In this document: positions 24,237-36,600 of the stretch, piece after piece
How positions within the stretch are numbered: the first letter of the stretch is position 1
Layout: every line of letters starts with the position of its first letter
Assembly: GCA_973851085.1 (NCBI GenBank)
Contig: OZ316775.1
Span: 21,948,001-22,012,000, forward strand
Direction: 5' to 3'
Source of the DNA: Ptychomitrium polyphyllum
Taxonomy: Eukaryota
DNA length: 64,000 nucleotides
Translations under genes and position numbers: made by a program
Notes under the pieces: model-generated
Told to the model about the DNA's origin: nothing
The model's database searches: none
Seen by the model: only the letters and a program-made list of their open reading frames with translations

Positions 24237-24892
24237 ATGGTTATAGACTATCATTCTAGCAAAGAAGTATCATTGACATCTTACAGCCCTTATTAATTGT
24301 TTTATGAAAGAGAGCATATTTTGCCTAGCTCAATACATGAGAAGCTGACTTTAATTGTGGACTTAAATGACCCTAATATTTGGGCTCAATGTCTATATAA
24401 TCAAGGGGAAGTTTTCAAAAGAACATACCTATGGCCATAGAAAATCTATCCATTGCTCATCTTTGTAATACTTTGCGTTATACTTGTATCCATAGTAGAG
24501 CTTATTGACCTTAATTGCAGTAATTCTCCAAGGAAGCTTATGTATATTTACAACATGAAGCGCCTACTATGCTTGAGGTAAAGGTGAAGCACACCATTCT
24601 ACGTATAAAAGATGTGTTGCTTAGTGGTATTTTGTTGTTGGAAAGCAAGAATGAGCTAAAGTGTCAGAAGAGTTTTAAGAAGTGTGCTCCACGACACCTT
24701 TCTATTGATGGTATTGTATATTTTAAGCAACCAGTAGTGCTATCTGGCCTTCTTTGCTTTATTTGTGGTAAGAAGTAAGAAGCAACTACTATGCTATAAT
24801 GTGATCAGTGCGAACACGATCAGCATATGGCATGTTTGAATGCACCTCTTTTAACCTTACCTTTTGGAGATTAGGTTTGCCTTCATTGTAAG
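24237..24892 (+). pseudogene. Element X integrase C-terminal region plus PHD finger, disrupted
   Basis: DYHSSKEVSLTSYSPY*LFYEREHILP (integrase 'YR.S...SPY.LL.GR' region), then MAIENLSIA...EAYVYLQ. PHD CFIC-x10-CDQC-x4-H-x2-C-...-GD*VCLHC at 24755-24889 (C4HC3, conserved Trp mutated to TAG). Confidence 0.85.
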
Positions 24893-25219
24893 AATTTTTT
24901 TAGCCTTGTTTCATCTATTAATAAAAATTGAGGATTTTATGAGAATTTGCCACATGTTGGATAATTTTTTGTTACAAATTCAAAGTTGGAGTTAGGCGTG
25001 AAGATTGACAAGGAATTCAACATTAAAACTATCAAAGGCAATTAAAGATGGAGCTCATATTGTACCCGGCCAAAGAATTCCCTAGTCATTTTTTTTATAG
25101 TTTTCTTAGCTTATTTGAATTACCATGACATCAACGTGGCATTCTTTTTTACCTATGTATGATTGTAGTACTAGTAATATGATGGAACTATATTATCAAC
25201 TTGAAGGGGGGCACTTGAG

Positions 25220-25752
25220 AATATGCTTATTATACATTCTTGTTTAGTTATTGTTTGCTACAAAATTGATTATGATTGAAATACTCAATTTGTTGCGTTA
25301 ACAATCTTTATTTTTACTACAGCTGTCACATGACGTGGCATCAAGTACCAAGCCACATCAAATGAATGTGGTATAATTGTTCTAAGAAGTATTTCATCCA
25401 TTTAGTACAAATTAGGGTTTGGAGGAGGTATTAAGTAAAGAAACTTCCTTCCCTTGGCATTCTTTGCTTAATCAAGCTTTGTGAGTGTGTTTTGAAAGAC
25501 TTGCTGTTTTAATTTTTTCTTGGAGATGATAGTTTAATCATTTAATAAAGCTTTAGGGTTTTGTCTGCTTCTTGCACTCTTGGATTCATCTTTTATGGAA
25601 TGTAAGCCGCATGACTTTGTAGTGTAGTGATTTCTTCTTTGTTCTCTTGAAATGTGATTACTATATATTCCTGTTTAATTTATATTTGCCACAAAACAAA
25701 TTATGATTGTAATACTCAATCTGTTGTATTGACATTTTTTATTAACAATACG
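25220..25752 (+). repeat. Element X right end: B1 (25220-25321) - GC - A2 (25324-25650) - B2 (25651-25752)
   Basis: B1 vs B2: gapless alignment with 20 mismatches over the first 93 nt. A2 matches A1. B1 is preceded by the polypurine tract. No B copy lies upstream of A1. Confidence 0.88.
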
Positions 25753-26808
25753 TTGTGTAATATAATACAATGATTTTATTATGCTTTCAATCCAACCATA
25801 TATTTATTTATAATTATTTTTTGGAATAACAATATAAAGAAATTTAATTTAATTCTAAAAATTTGATGATTTTTTTAAAACACATTTTGGACAATAATGA
25901 ATTCCATTCAAATAATAGTTTTTAATTAAATATTTCATTATTGCATGAATTCTTTAAAAAAGGATTGTCATAATATTTAAACTCATTAATCAATTAAAAG
26001 ACTTATAAATTCTTGTATCTATGTATATTGAAGGTATAAAAAGAAAAAAATAGTAGAAAATTAAGAAGTATACTAAGTATGTCATGTGAATATTTTTAAA
26101 TATTTAATTTTATATATAAATGTAATTTAAACATAGATTTAAGATTATTAAAGAATTTTAAATATTATACGGTTTAGCTTTTTCAAATAATATGAACCTA
26201 ATTTGGAATTCAAATAGTTTTTTTAAATTTTAATTGTGTAGCTTATTGAACTTCGAAATACTTTGTGTTTAAATGGAAAAAGAATTCAAGAATATTTCAA
26301 ATAAGAGTGAAGTCTTGTGATTTCTATATTTGAATATGTATCATTTATGACTTGTTATTATAGTTTCTATTACATCCAATAAAATAATTAATCCCTTTAC
26401 CAAAAAAACAAAACCAATATTTTTTTTTATTGTATTTTTTTTTACTAATATTTTACTTTTTAAATGATGAAATAATTTTTTTTAAATATTGTTTACGTAA
26501 TTTCTTGGATCTAATTCCATAAATATCTTTAAAATGATTTAAAAACTTTTGGAAGCATTCTATGTTTTTTTTATTATAATATAATTTCTAATTTTTAATA
26601 AATAGAATTTATTTTATAATTTTATAATTTTAAAAAATTTAATGAAATAAAATGCATTCAAGAATCTTAGTTTTATATACCTTCAAAACTTTGGAATCAC
26701 TTGGTATTTTTTAATAATTATAGAAATAATTATTTGAATTTTTAACAAGTTATCATCAGTTTTATTAATAATGTTGGTAAAAAATCAAAATACTATGATA
26801 AAAAAAAA

Positions 26809-26837
26809 TATATATATATATATAAGTATATATATAA

Positions 26838-26869
<32 letters not shown>

Positions 26870-26872
26870 ATA
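26809..26872. repeat. Imperfect (TA)n microsatellite
   Basis: Read directly. Confidence 0.9.
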
Positions 26873-29800
26873 CACATGTATATACAAATACAAACAAGTG
26901 CCGCCATCTCACAAAAATTAAAAAAAACACAAATGATTTTTGTCGATTCTTTGCTAAATAATCAATGTTGATTGGAATACATCTTTATCTTGAGATCGAT
27001 TATACCACATGATAAAAAAGACATCATTATTAATGAACTATCATAAATAAAATTTAAATTGCAAAGATTCATAGATTAAAAAATCACAATGTAACAATAT
27101 TAAAAATGGTTTTAGAATTTGGTTGAAGAAATTAAAAGTTGCAATTAATAACCAATTTGTTTTAAAGAAATAATTTTCAATAAGAATTTTTTTTTAAATA
27201 ATTTTCAAATTATAAAATAACAATGAATTTATGAAAAAGAAACCAATGTATTAAACATAGTTTTAGAATGTCAAATAATAATCCAAATTTCACAAAATAA
27301 GATGTAAAAAAAAGAAGTTACTACTTGTATAAAAACATCAACTAAATTTTTAACAACATTTTGGATTGATGTAAGATTTTTGCCATAACATTACAATTTG
27401 ATTTGAAATTCAATGTAATGATTATTTTTAATTTATCAACTTTGAATATAAGATGAAAAAAATGGCTCTTCAAAATTTTATTCATACAGTGATAGTTAAA
27501 ATTTGTAAATTGGTGCCTTTAGAGATTAATTTAAGGGTGCAAATATGAAGAGTGTTGCAATTGCAATTCAAGCCTTGGATTTGTGCTTCCATCATGCATG
27601 GAGATCCTCGCGTCCTAATTTAAAATTATAATAATGCCTAAGGAAAAATAAAATACATTAAAGATTTCTACACTCGATTTAATGATAATAATTTCCGAAT
27701 TTTATGGCTTTTATGTCATTGAAATGGGATTATTTCTACATTTATTTGGTGGTCCGAAATTTGCTTTAAAATCCAAATGTATCATAAACCATATTATCTT
27801 TAAATGAATTGAAAGTCATTTGAAAGGTCTACAAAAGAGTGTATTATATGTTGTTAATATTATAGCCCAATTCAATGGTTAGATTAAGATTTATATCAAA
27901 TAGAATAATCAAAATTAATAGGCAAAGGAAGCTTTGGAATTATGTAGAAATTCTATATCTTTTTATATTTTTGAATGCTTTCATCTTTTGATTTGGTATG
28001 ACACTTGTATTGTATCTTTTATTGAGCCAAAATTTTAAAGGGTTTAATATAAAGTCAAAAACCTAATATTGATTTAGTCGTTGAATTTAGAATTAGAATA
28101 AATAAATCAAAATAGATTGTAAGTAATCTATCTATATAATTTAAAATTCATAAAGAAATTATGATTCAAACATTTATTTTTTATTTGATTAGACAAAGAT
28201 ATAGAAAGGAAAAACAACTTGTACTTTATTTCAAAGTCAAAAAAATTAATACAATCTAATAGGTGAATGCTTTAATGAAAAGTAGTTTATCTGCTTGATA
28301 ATAGTTTATTTGGCCATTCTTATATGAGACAAATTCTTTGTGTATTGAACAAATTGTTGGCAACAAAATTTAGCAAACACAATGTTATGTAGTGGTTTGG
28401 AAGATAATTTCGTTTGAATATTGGCCTCTAGTACAAATACCCAACTTACAAACTTGTGCTCTTGACCAATGGATTGCTAGAACGTGTTGTGCACTCGTAG
28501 TGTAATCTAATCTGCCCCTCATTTTGCACATAGAATTTGAGCAATAGTAAATCAAAATAAACTTGTACAAACACATTTGTCCTTATGCAAACTTGGGTTA
28601 TAGTTTCTCTAATCCTTACGGTAATCATGAATATGCTCAATACAACAACATACAACATACAGTAAGTACATACGGCTAGAAAGGGCTTCGTCCTTTAGGG
28701 GTCAAAGGTCAAAGAGGAGACACAGGAGTCACAGTAACTGCCATCAGCAAAGTCAGTAACTTTCCATCGAATCCACTTGCTTGATACAATGCCTGTTTTT
28801 CTGTTGGGGCTTTTTGGGCTGCCCATTGGCGTGCTTGGAGTGTTTTCAATGTGTTTGCCGAGGTCCAGAAAGTATGGAATCATGTCCTCTGGCATGGCTT
28901 CACCAGACCAGTTACACTGTACACTGTATTTACTTCCTGACTATGGAAGTCATTCTCCTTCTACAGTGCTTGTACTGACACGTTAGGGCTGGTTTAGTAT
29001 GTGGAGTTGACGTCAAGAACTGGTTAATTCCCTCTCTTCAGTGGTCAAGAAGTTGAAATAATATTTCATCATTTTGGATCAGGATCATGGCAATTATGTA
29101 TGTTGGTGACTATTTGGTGACAAATTTCCCAAATTTTTGATTTGCAATGCTCTGGTGACTATATTATAATTATAATTTGATGGGCTAAAGGGTGGAGAGA
29201 CGTTTTTAGAGAAGAGAATTATTTACAAATCAAATCCTTTTTCAACCCAATTTTAATAGTGATTTCACCTCCTTTCTGTTAATTACATTTGTGATTGGAG
29301 CATGTTCTATAATGTCATAATGTATTAATCCACATCACTACCACACATGTTACAATGAATGCATCTTGGTTCACTCATCCACTTTCTGAAATAAAGGTAA
29401 TGAATTCACAGGTAACTGTAATGTTTCATCTCATTTGAAATGTTCATTTGTCCAACAAAGTAAGCAACAGTAGTTTTCATCAGGTTGTAAGTAATTAACT
29501 TGACTACATTATTATGTATTCTTATTCTATACTTTGTGTTTGCACCTTATCTCACCAATGTTCCAGTTAATCAATAGGGATGGTGCAAATTTTGGGGAAA
29601 CCAAGCATGCAATCCAAGAAAAGTTTTAAAAGAATTTTTTGTAAGAACCGCAAATTATTCCATTTTGTCAAGTGTTGGTAATGTAGCTGACTTTGTCCCA
29701 GCAGACTGCCCTGCATAGCCTGAAGCAAGGAGTCCACATTGGACCTAGAAATGAGGATTGTATGGTGTTTGGTTTGGTGAACCTATAAATTTAATAGATA

Positions 29801-32451
29801 TTTCTTGCTTGAAAAAATGAAATATGTGATTGTTGCTAAGATAAGGTTGATATTAAATCTAAACTTGTATGTGAAGACCTTCACTATTAAATTTCTAAAG
29901 AACAATGTATTATAGATAATTTTGAATTCAGCTATCTTTGTCATTTGAATAATGATAATGATGTGTAAAATTTGAAGTTATTACTTTCATTGGAAGAAAG
30001 GTGTCTTCATTTAAGATTTAAAAATCCAAACTCAATAAAAACTATGTTAATTATTTGATGTAAACAAGTTGATATTCAAAAAACATAAAGATGCTTATAT
30101 AGTAATTTGTTTTATTGTTTGTTGTTTAATTCCACATAAGATTTTAAAATAATAACTAAAAAAATATCAATTTCACTGTTTCCATTGTTATTGAGGTAGA
30201 TGTTTGGTAGTAAAAATCATAATAAATGATTTGCTTCTAATCATTCAAAATCCTATGTAGTTATGTTATAACTTAATTTCTTATTTTAGATTCTTTGATT
30301 TTAAAACAAAATCATTAAACATTGTTCATTTTGATTTAATTTTATATGTATATAGAAATAAATTTTTTTTTAATTAACTATGATTGTAAATATATCAAAT
30401 GAATCATTGTTACATTTGTTTTTTCTAAATCTCTTATCAGAAATAATAAAATAAAATCCAAATTATACGTTGTTTAACATACATGATACTTAATATCCTT
30501 GCAAAATATTACAATATAAAGGTATATATGCGAATTTCAATATTTAAATCCTAAACACACATTTTTAAAATGTAAAGTCAAGATTCATTATATGCCATAT
30601 TTGGCTATATCATTAAAATGAAAGCATCTAGTCTTTGATTTTATTAAATATGAGCTTATTTACAATATAATATAAACTTTACATAATTTTTTAGTGACAT
30701 ACAAAAGATATTATGAATATTTGAATGAACAAAAAATAAATAATATTCATGATAAATTTAAGAATGTATTTGCAAAATACAACATTCCTAATGAAATGTA
30801 TATGTTACCATATGATAAACCAACTTACAATTGCATCAAATAAAATAAAGAAATTTATAATTACCAATATATGCTTTAATTTTATAAATAATAAACTTGA
30901 AGATGTTAAGAAAAAACACTTGAATAGATATGATAATGATTACATCTTTAGACATGTTTAAAACTTGGCTTTAATGGTGCAAAATGATATATTTCTTTAA
31001 TAAGACGAAGTTCTAACACTTAAATTTGCCAAAGTGGAATTAAAAAATCCTTAAAAAATTAAATATTTTTCCATTTTTTCAATGTATTATGCAACAAGAT
31101 ACAAAATTGGATAAGCATGCAAAAATTAAAGTGATTGTTTTATGACCAAGAATAAATGTTTTAATTTGGCTTCTATCAAATTGGAAATATTTGTAACATT
31201 CATTTGGAAATAAAATAAGATGACTAAAATTTCCAAAAAATTATATAATTCATTGGTTTAAATAGTTTTGCTAGTATTAATTGAAAAAGCTATATGAGCT
31301 TTTTAAATAGATGTCAAACTTCTTATTTTATTTTAATTAAATTATTCCTCCTAATATAAATGCATTGTCTGATTGCAAAATATTGCACAAAATTTGGAAG
31401 TTGTAAAAGTCACTACTGTCACAGATATAGATAGTCTAAAGAACCTTCTAGAACCTTTTGGTATATCATAATAGACTCTTTAAAAACTTCAATGTCTCCA
31501 TAGCCGTTTCTCTTCTTTAAGAAACTTTCTAAGAAAGTTCTACAACCTTAAGAAACTTCTAGGGAAGGTTCCATATCTTTGGAAGCTTCTTAGGAAGGTT
31601 CCACCATCTTGAAAAAATTCCAAGGAAGATTCTATAGACTTCTAGAACATTTTTAAGCCTTTGTAGAAAGCTTCTTTAGAAATATCCTAAGAGATATAAA
31701 TGTCATGGTATAAGTAGAAAGCAAAACAAGATATACCTTAGTCTTTGCCAATACAAGTTGTGATTATATTGTATCTTACCTTATTCTAGTCTTTATAACA
31801 TTTCTTATTAATCATTAATTCTTTGAAAGCTAATTCTTAGAAAACACTTCGTTTTTGCTTTTTTTTTTTTAAGTCCTTAATAGTTTGACAAAGCTCTCTT
31901 CAACTTTACTAGAGCTAAGGTTCTTCAATAAAAATAATGGATTTATCCATCTTCTTTAGGATTCTATAGTTTCTTAGAGGTTGCAGATTACCTTCTTCTA
32001 AATTGACACCATAAGTTGGTTTCTTCTTTTAAAACCAAGTACAATTCCTTTTAAAGAAAGATCAATCTTTCAAAGAAATGAGAATTACCCTTCTTTGAAG
32101 ATATTCATACTTTTCTTGTCTCAGACAGTCTTAGATAATATATAATGTGCTTGGAACATCAAATAATTGGTTTACAACTATTTGCAAACCTTCAAAAATT
32201 ATTTAATACAGTTTGAGCGGAACTTGCTTGCTTCAATATACAAAAAATTTAATGCAGTGCTCTTGGCATGCCGAAGAATCTAATGGTAATATTTCTATTT
32301 TATATTAAGAAAATTATTCAATTGTAAGAGGCTAATATTGAAAGAAAAGGCTTACGATAGAATCATGTAGAACCAAAGATTAATATGTCAGACAAGTTTT
32401 ATGGATTGAAATTAAAATTGACAACTTTTGTTCAACAAATAAGGTTCTTTC

Positions 32452-32852
32452 TGTTGAAAAGGGTGGAACATATACAATGATCATAGTTGAAGTTTCCTTG
32501 TGTAGGACTATAGCTTGATAGGTTGCTAATGGTCAAAGGGGTATCAAAGAAGAGGCCATAGAGGATATGGAGGCTAAGATTAAGAAAAAACAACAAGGAT
32601 TTTATATGGCGGCTAGGGTTATGGCGGTCGTTAGGGTTAGGATGGCCGCTACGGCGGCTAGGGTTGGCCGCTACATGGCACTCATTAATGGAGGCAAATG
32701 CATGGCCGTCAAGTGGCATACTTTGATGGATGAATTTGAAGTATAAGTAAAGGGATTTTAAAAGTGGGAGTCATCTTGCTCCTTACTTCTCTTGCTACGA
32801 CTTTGCTCTCTCTTCTTGCTTGTTGTACTAGCTTTGTTGCATTTCTTCAATA
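32452..32852 (+). mobile_element. Solo LTR of the Copia U family inserted in Gypsy T gag
   Basis: Matches the U LTRs end to end (TGTTGAAAA...TTCAATA) with ~19 extra nt of a GGCGGCTAGGGT-type motif; TSD CTTTC / CTTCC. Confidence 0.93.
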
Positions 32853-33689
32853 CTTCCTTGATTTGTATCAATCTTGCTATCTTGATGGCACTATTCAAGA
32901 GGGATTTGCAGCCACTCTTCTATCAAATAATGCACTATTGTGGTTTGCATTATTAATGGAGAAGCAATCATTATTACTGAGCAACTTGTATGCTTTCATG
33001 GAAGCATTGACATAAAACTTTGGAGATATTGACTAAGAGAAGGTGGCTGAAACAAGGATTCAAAGTCTACAACAAAGATAGCACTCAATTGCAACATATA
33101 TTGCAAAATTGCATCAACTAGCTTGCGACCTTAATTGGAACAATAAATTTGGTCACAAAATTCCAATGTGACGTGAGCGAGAATATAAAGAACTTGTTAC
33201 TCACAATGCTAAGGGTTGATACATTGGATAAATTCATCAGTTAAGCAATAGCATGTGACAATAGACTATTTTAGAGGTGCTAAGAACAATGCTTGGGATA
33301 GCAACCGGTACATCAAAGTATAGCAACTACTTCTCCAAAAATATTAGAAACTTGACTACAAAAAATTTAACCTGTGCAAATTGATGCTGCCTAATTTAGA
33401 AATTTGACTCCCAAAAAAATAGATATGCGTCAAAGAAGAAATCTATATTTGTATTGTGGCAAATTTAGATATAAAGTGCGCAATTGTCAAATCAAGGGAT
33501 CTACTTTTAAGACTCAAAGCACAATGGTAGAATTGGAAAATGAAGTTGTCTAGTCATAGTAGGAACCATAAAACAAAACACCATAAAAAAATGACCATTA
33601 AGTCAATGTTTTTTATTAATTCCAACTCCTACCTTTTGTTTTATATTTATTATAAATATCAAATTGTTAGATGATGAAATAATTAGTAA

Positions 33690-36600
33690 AGCTTTTTTGG
33701 ACACTGCTGCAATCACATGCTTCATGGATAAGGATTTTGCAATTAACACCACATGCTTGTGAACAAAATTATCCCGTACATGTTGAAATTACTGATAGTC
33801 AATCTCTTGCATCTAGTAGTGTTATTGAAGAAAATTCAACCTTTGGAAGTTGTTTTAAAATACTAAGCATTTAAAATTGTCTTCAACATCATGCATTGCC
33901 AAACAAATTCTATTGTCTTGGGCTTTCTTTGGTTTGAATTATATAATCCAAGACATTGTTTAGCACTCATGGAATTTAGTCTGAAGGAAAAGACGTTAAG
34001 GTACAAGAAATCTTGGACCATCATTTATTAGACCTAAAGCATTCATGAAAGCGGCAAAGCATAAATCAATCTATGCAATTTATGCTACGCCAATGTCCAG
34101 CTCTATACCAGAGACTAATCATTGCATACTTCATCAACACCAAGATTATAAAGACATTTTTGAGAAGAAGAAAGCAGACATATTACCAAAGCATCGGCCT
34201 TATGTTTGTGCCATTGAGTTGCAAGAAGAAGCCCAACCACCTTCAAAACCTATCTATAATCTATCACAAATCGAATTAACTGCCCTGAGAGAATATAAGG
34301 ATGGAAATCATGGAAAGGGCTTCATCCAACATTCTAAATTACTTGTTGGAGCATTGATTTTATTTGTAAAGAAAAAAGATGGATCATTACGTATGTGTGT
34401 GGACTATTTAGACCTCAATAAAGTGACCAAGAAGAATCGCTATCCATTACCATTAATCTTAGGACTTCTAAAGCAACTCAACCAGGCAAAGATATTTACT
34501 AAGATTGATCTTAGAAGAGCCTACAATCTCGTACGAATCAAAGAAGGAGTTGAATGGAAGACACCCTTTCAATCTAAATATGGTCATTTTGAATATAATG
34601 TCATGCCTTTTAGCCTTATTAATGCCCTTGCAGTCTCTCAACATATAATGAATGATTCCTTCCATGAACATATGGACGATTTTGTAATCATTTATTTTTA
34701 TGACAATTTAATATATTCAAAGGATGAACAAGACCACAAATGTCATGTACAACTGGTCTTAGAAAAACTATGCTAGCAAAGTTTATATGTCAAATTAGAA
34801 AAGTGCCTTTTCTATTATTCATTGGTTGAAAATGTAGACTACATTATTTCCAAAGGAGGAATCCATATGGATAAGAAGATAATAAGCACTATTATGAAGT
34901 AGAATACGCCAAGATCAATTTAAGATGTTTAATGCTTCTTATAATTTGTAACCTTCTATAGAATATTCATCAAGGACTGTTCCAAGATTGCGACACAATT
35001 GAAACAACCTACAGGGAAGCAAAAATTCACTTGGAATGAAGAGGTGAAAAAAACGTTTCAAGGTCTTAAGAAGTCATTCACGTTGGCTCCAATCTTTATT
35101 CATTCAACTTTGTCAAAGCTATTATATTTGGAAGCAAACGCCTGAGATTTTGCATTTGAATCAATATTCTTATAATATAATGAAGATTGGAAATACATCC
35201 TATTGCATTTTATTCAAAGAAATTTTCAGCTGTAAAGATCAACTATGATATAAATGATAAGGAATTACTTGCAATTGTGGATAGATTTGAAGAATGGCAA
35301 CACTTGTTGGAAGGAGCTCAACATACCATCACAATATACAAAGGCCACAAAAATTTGGAGTACTTCATGAGTGTGCGCATTTTGAAGCGCTGTCAATCAA
35401 TGTGGAATATTTGGCTTTGCAAATTGGCTGTGATATTACCTATCATCTTAATAGCTTACATGGTAAGTCAAGTGCCTTATCTTGTAGATTGTCTTTAGTT
35501 CTTCAACTTGGAGAAGATGTTTTAAATCAATTAAGGATTATTTTATTAAAGCCACAAAATCTTCAATTGAAAACAACATTTATTACCACAACATCCCATT
35601 TCAACAAAATTTGAAAAGCTTTAAAGAATCATATCTTTGTTTCAAATATGAGGAGGCGCTTCTAAAACAATGGAAGTACTTCAAATAGTGATGAGTACTT
35701 TGAATTCCAAGAATACCTACTTTAATATAAAAAATACCTATGCGGGCACTCATGAAGCACTCCAAGTTCTTGTGACGTGCTTGAAGGATCTTCAATTGCA
35801 TATGTACCTATCCAAGAATACCTACTTCTAGGTTGTATGCAATTGAAGATCCTTCAAGCACGTCATAATTTTCTAGTGGATGGGCATTGTAGATTCAATA
35901 AAACAATGGAGTTAATTGTTTGAGACTATTAGTGGCCACAAATGTCAAAATATGTAAAGGACTCTGTTTGATCATGCGACATTTGCGTAAGGGCCAAGGT
36001 ACTAAGACACCAATCTCATAGTTTCTTTCATTTGCTTCCACTTCCATAAAATCCATGGTTATCATTATCAATGGATTTCATTACAAACTTCCCAAATTGC
36101 AATTTAAAAAGTTCTATCTTAGTAGCCGTGGATTGATTTACAAAGATGGCGTATTTCATTCCATATAAGAAGATGGTAACAAGAGAAAAAATTGCCAAAT
36201 TGTTCCTTGATCACATCTACCGCACAAATGGACTACCAAATGATATTATATCCAATCAAGGATTACAATTCATTTCCAACTTTTGGAAGGCTCTATAATA
36301 GCTGTTGCGTCTAAAGATCAACCTTTCTTTAGCATACCATCTATAGACTAATGGTCAAACCAAACGTGTGAATCAACTTTCAAAGTAGTATCTTTACTGC
36401 AACATGAACTACTAGCAAGACAACTAGATGAACATCTTACCTTTGGCGGAGTTTGCTTATAATATTACGATGCATTCTTCAACAACTCAAAATCCATTCT
36501 TTACAAACTATAGCCATCATCCTCAAGCAAATCCATTTCAACTGAAGCATGTTGGAAGTCCTGCAATAGAGGATTTTGCAGTTCAACTTGCTAAAATCCA

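Larger units (their letters stand above)
5974..25752 (+). mobile_element. Element X: decayed Ty3/Gypsy-type retrotransposon with split direct repeats (A1...B1-A2-B2), encoding gag, protease, C5 DNA methyltransferase, integrase C-terminus and PHD finger; carries multiple nested inserts
   Basis: A1 (5974-6300) matches A2 (25324-25650), both 327 bp. B1 (25220-25321) matches B2 (25651-25752), both 102 bp. PPT GAAGGGGGG at 25203-25211. Flanks TTGT (5970-5973) and TTGT (25753-25756). Collinear + strand protein remnants listed below. Confidence 0.85.

Noticed and set aside
5974..25650. Element X as an ordinary two-LTR element with LTRs A1/A2
   Set aside because: The PPT precedes B1 rather than A2, no TSD matches at the A2 end, and B is duplicated on both sides of A2 but absent before A1.
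5974..25752. Element X as a DIRS/PAT tyrosine-recombinase element
   Set aside because: No tyrosine recombinase motifs were seen. An aspartic protease, an integrase-type C-terminus, a PPT, TG/CA ends and a candidate TSD favour a Gypsy type. Not fully excluded because the central region is deleted.
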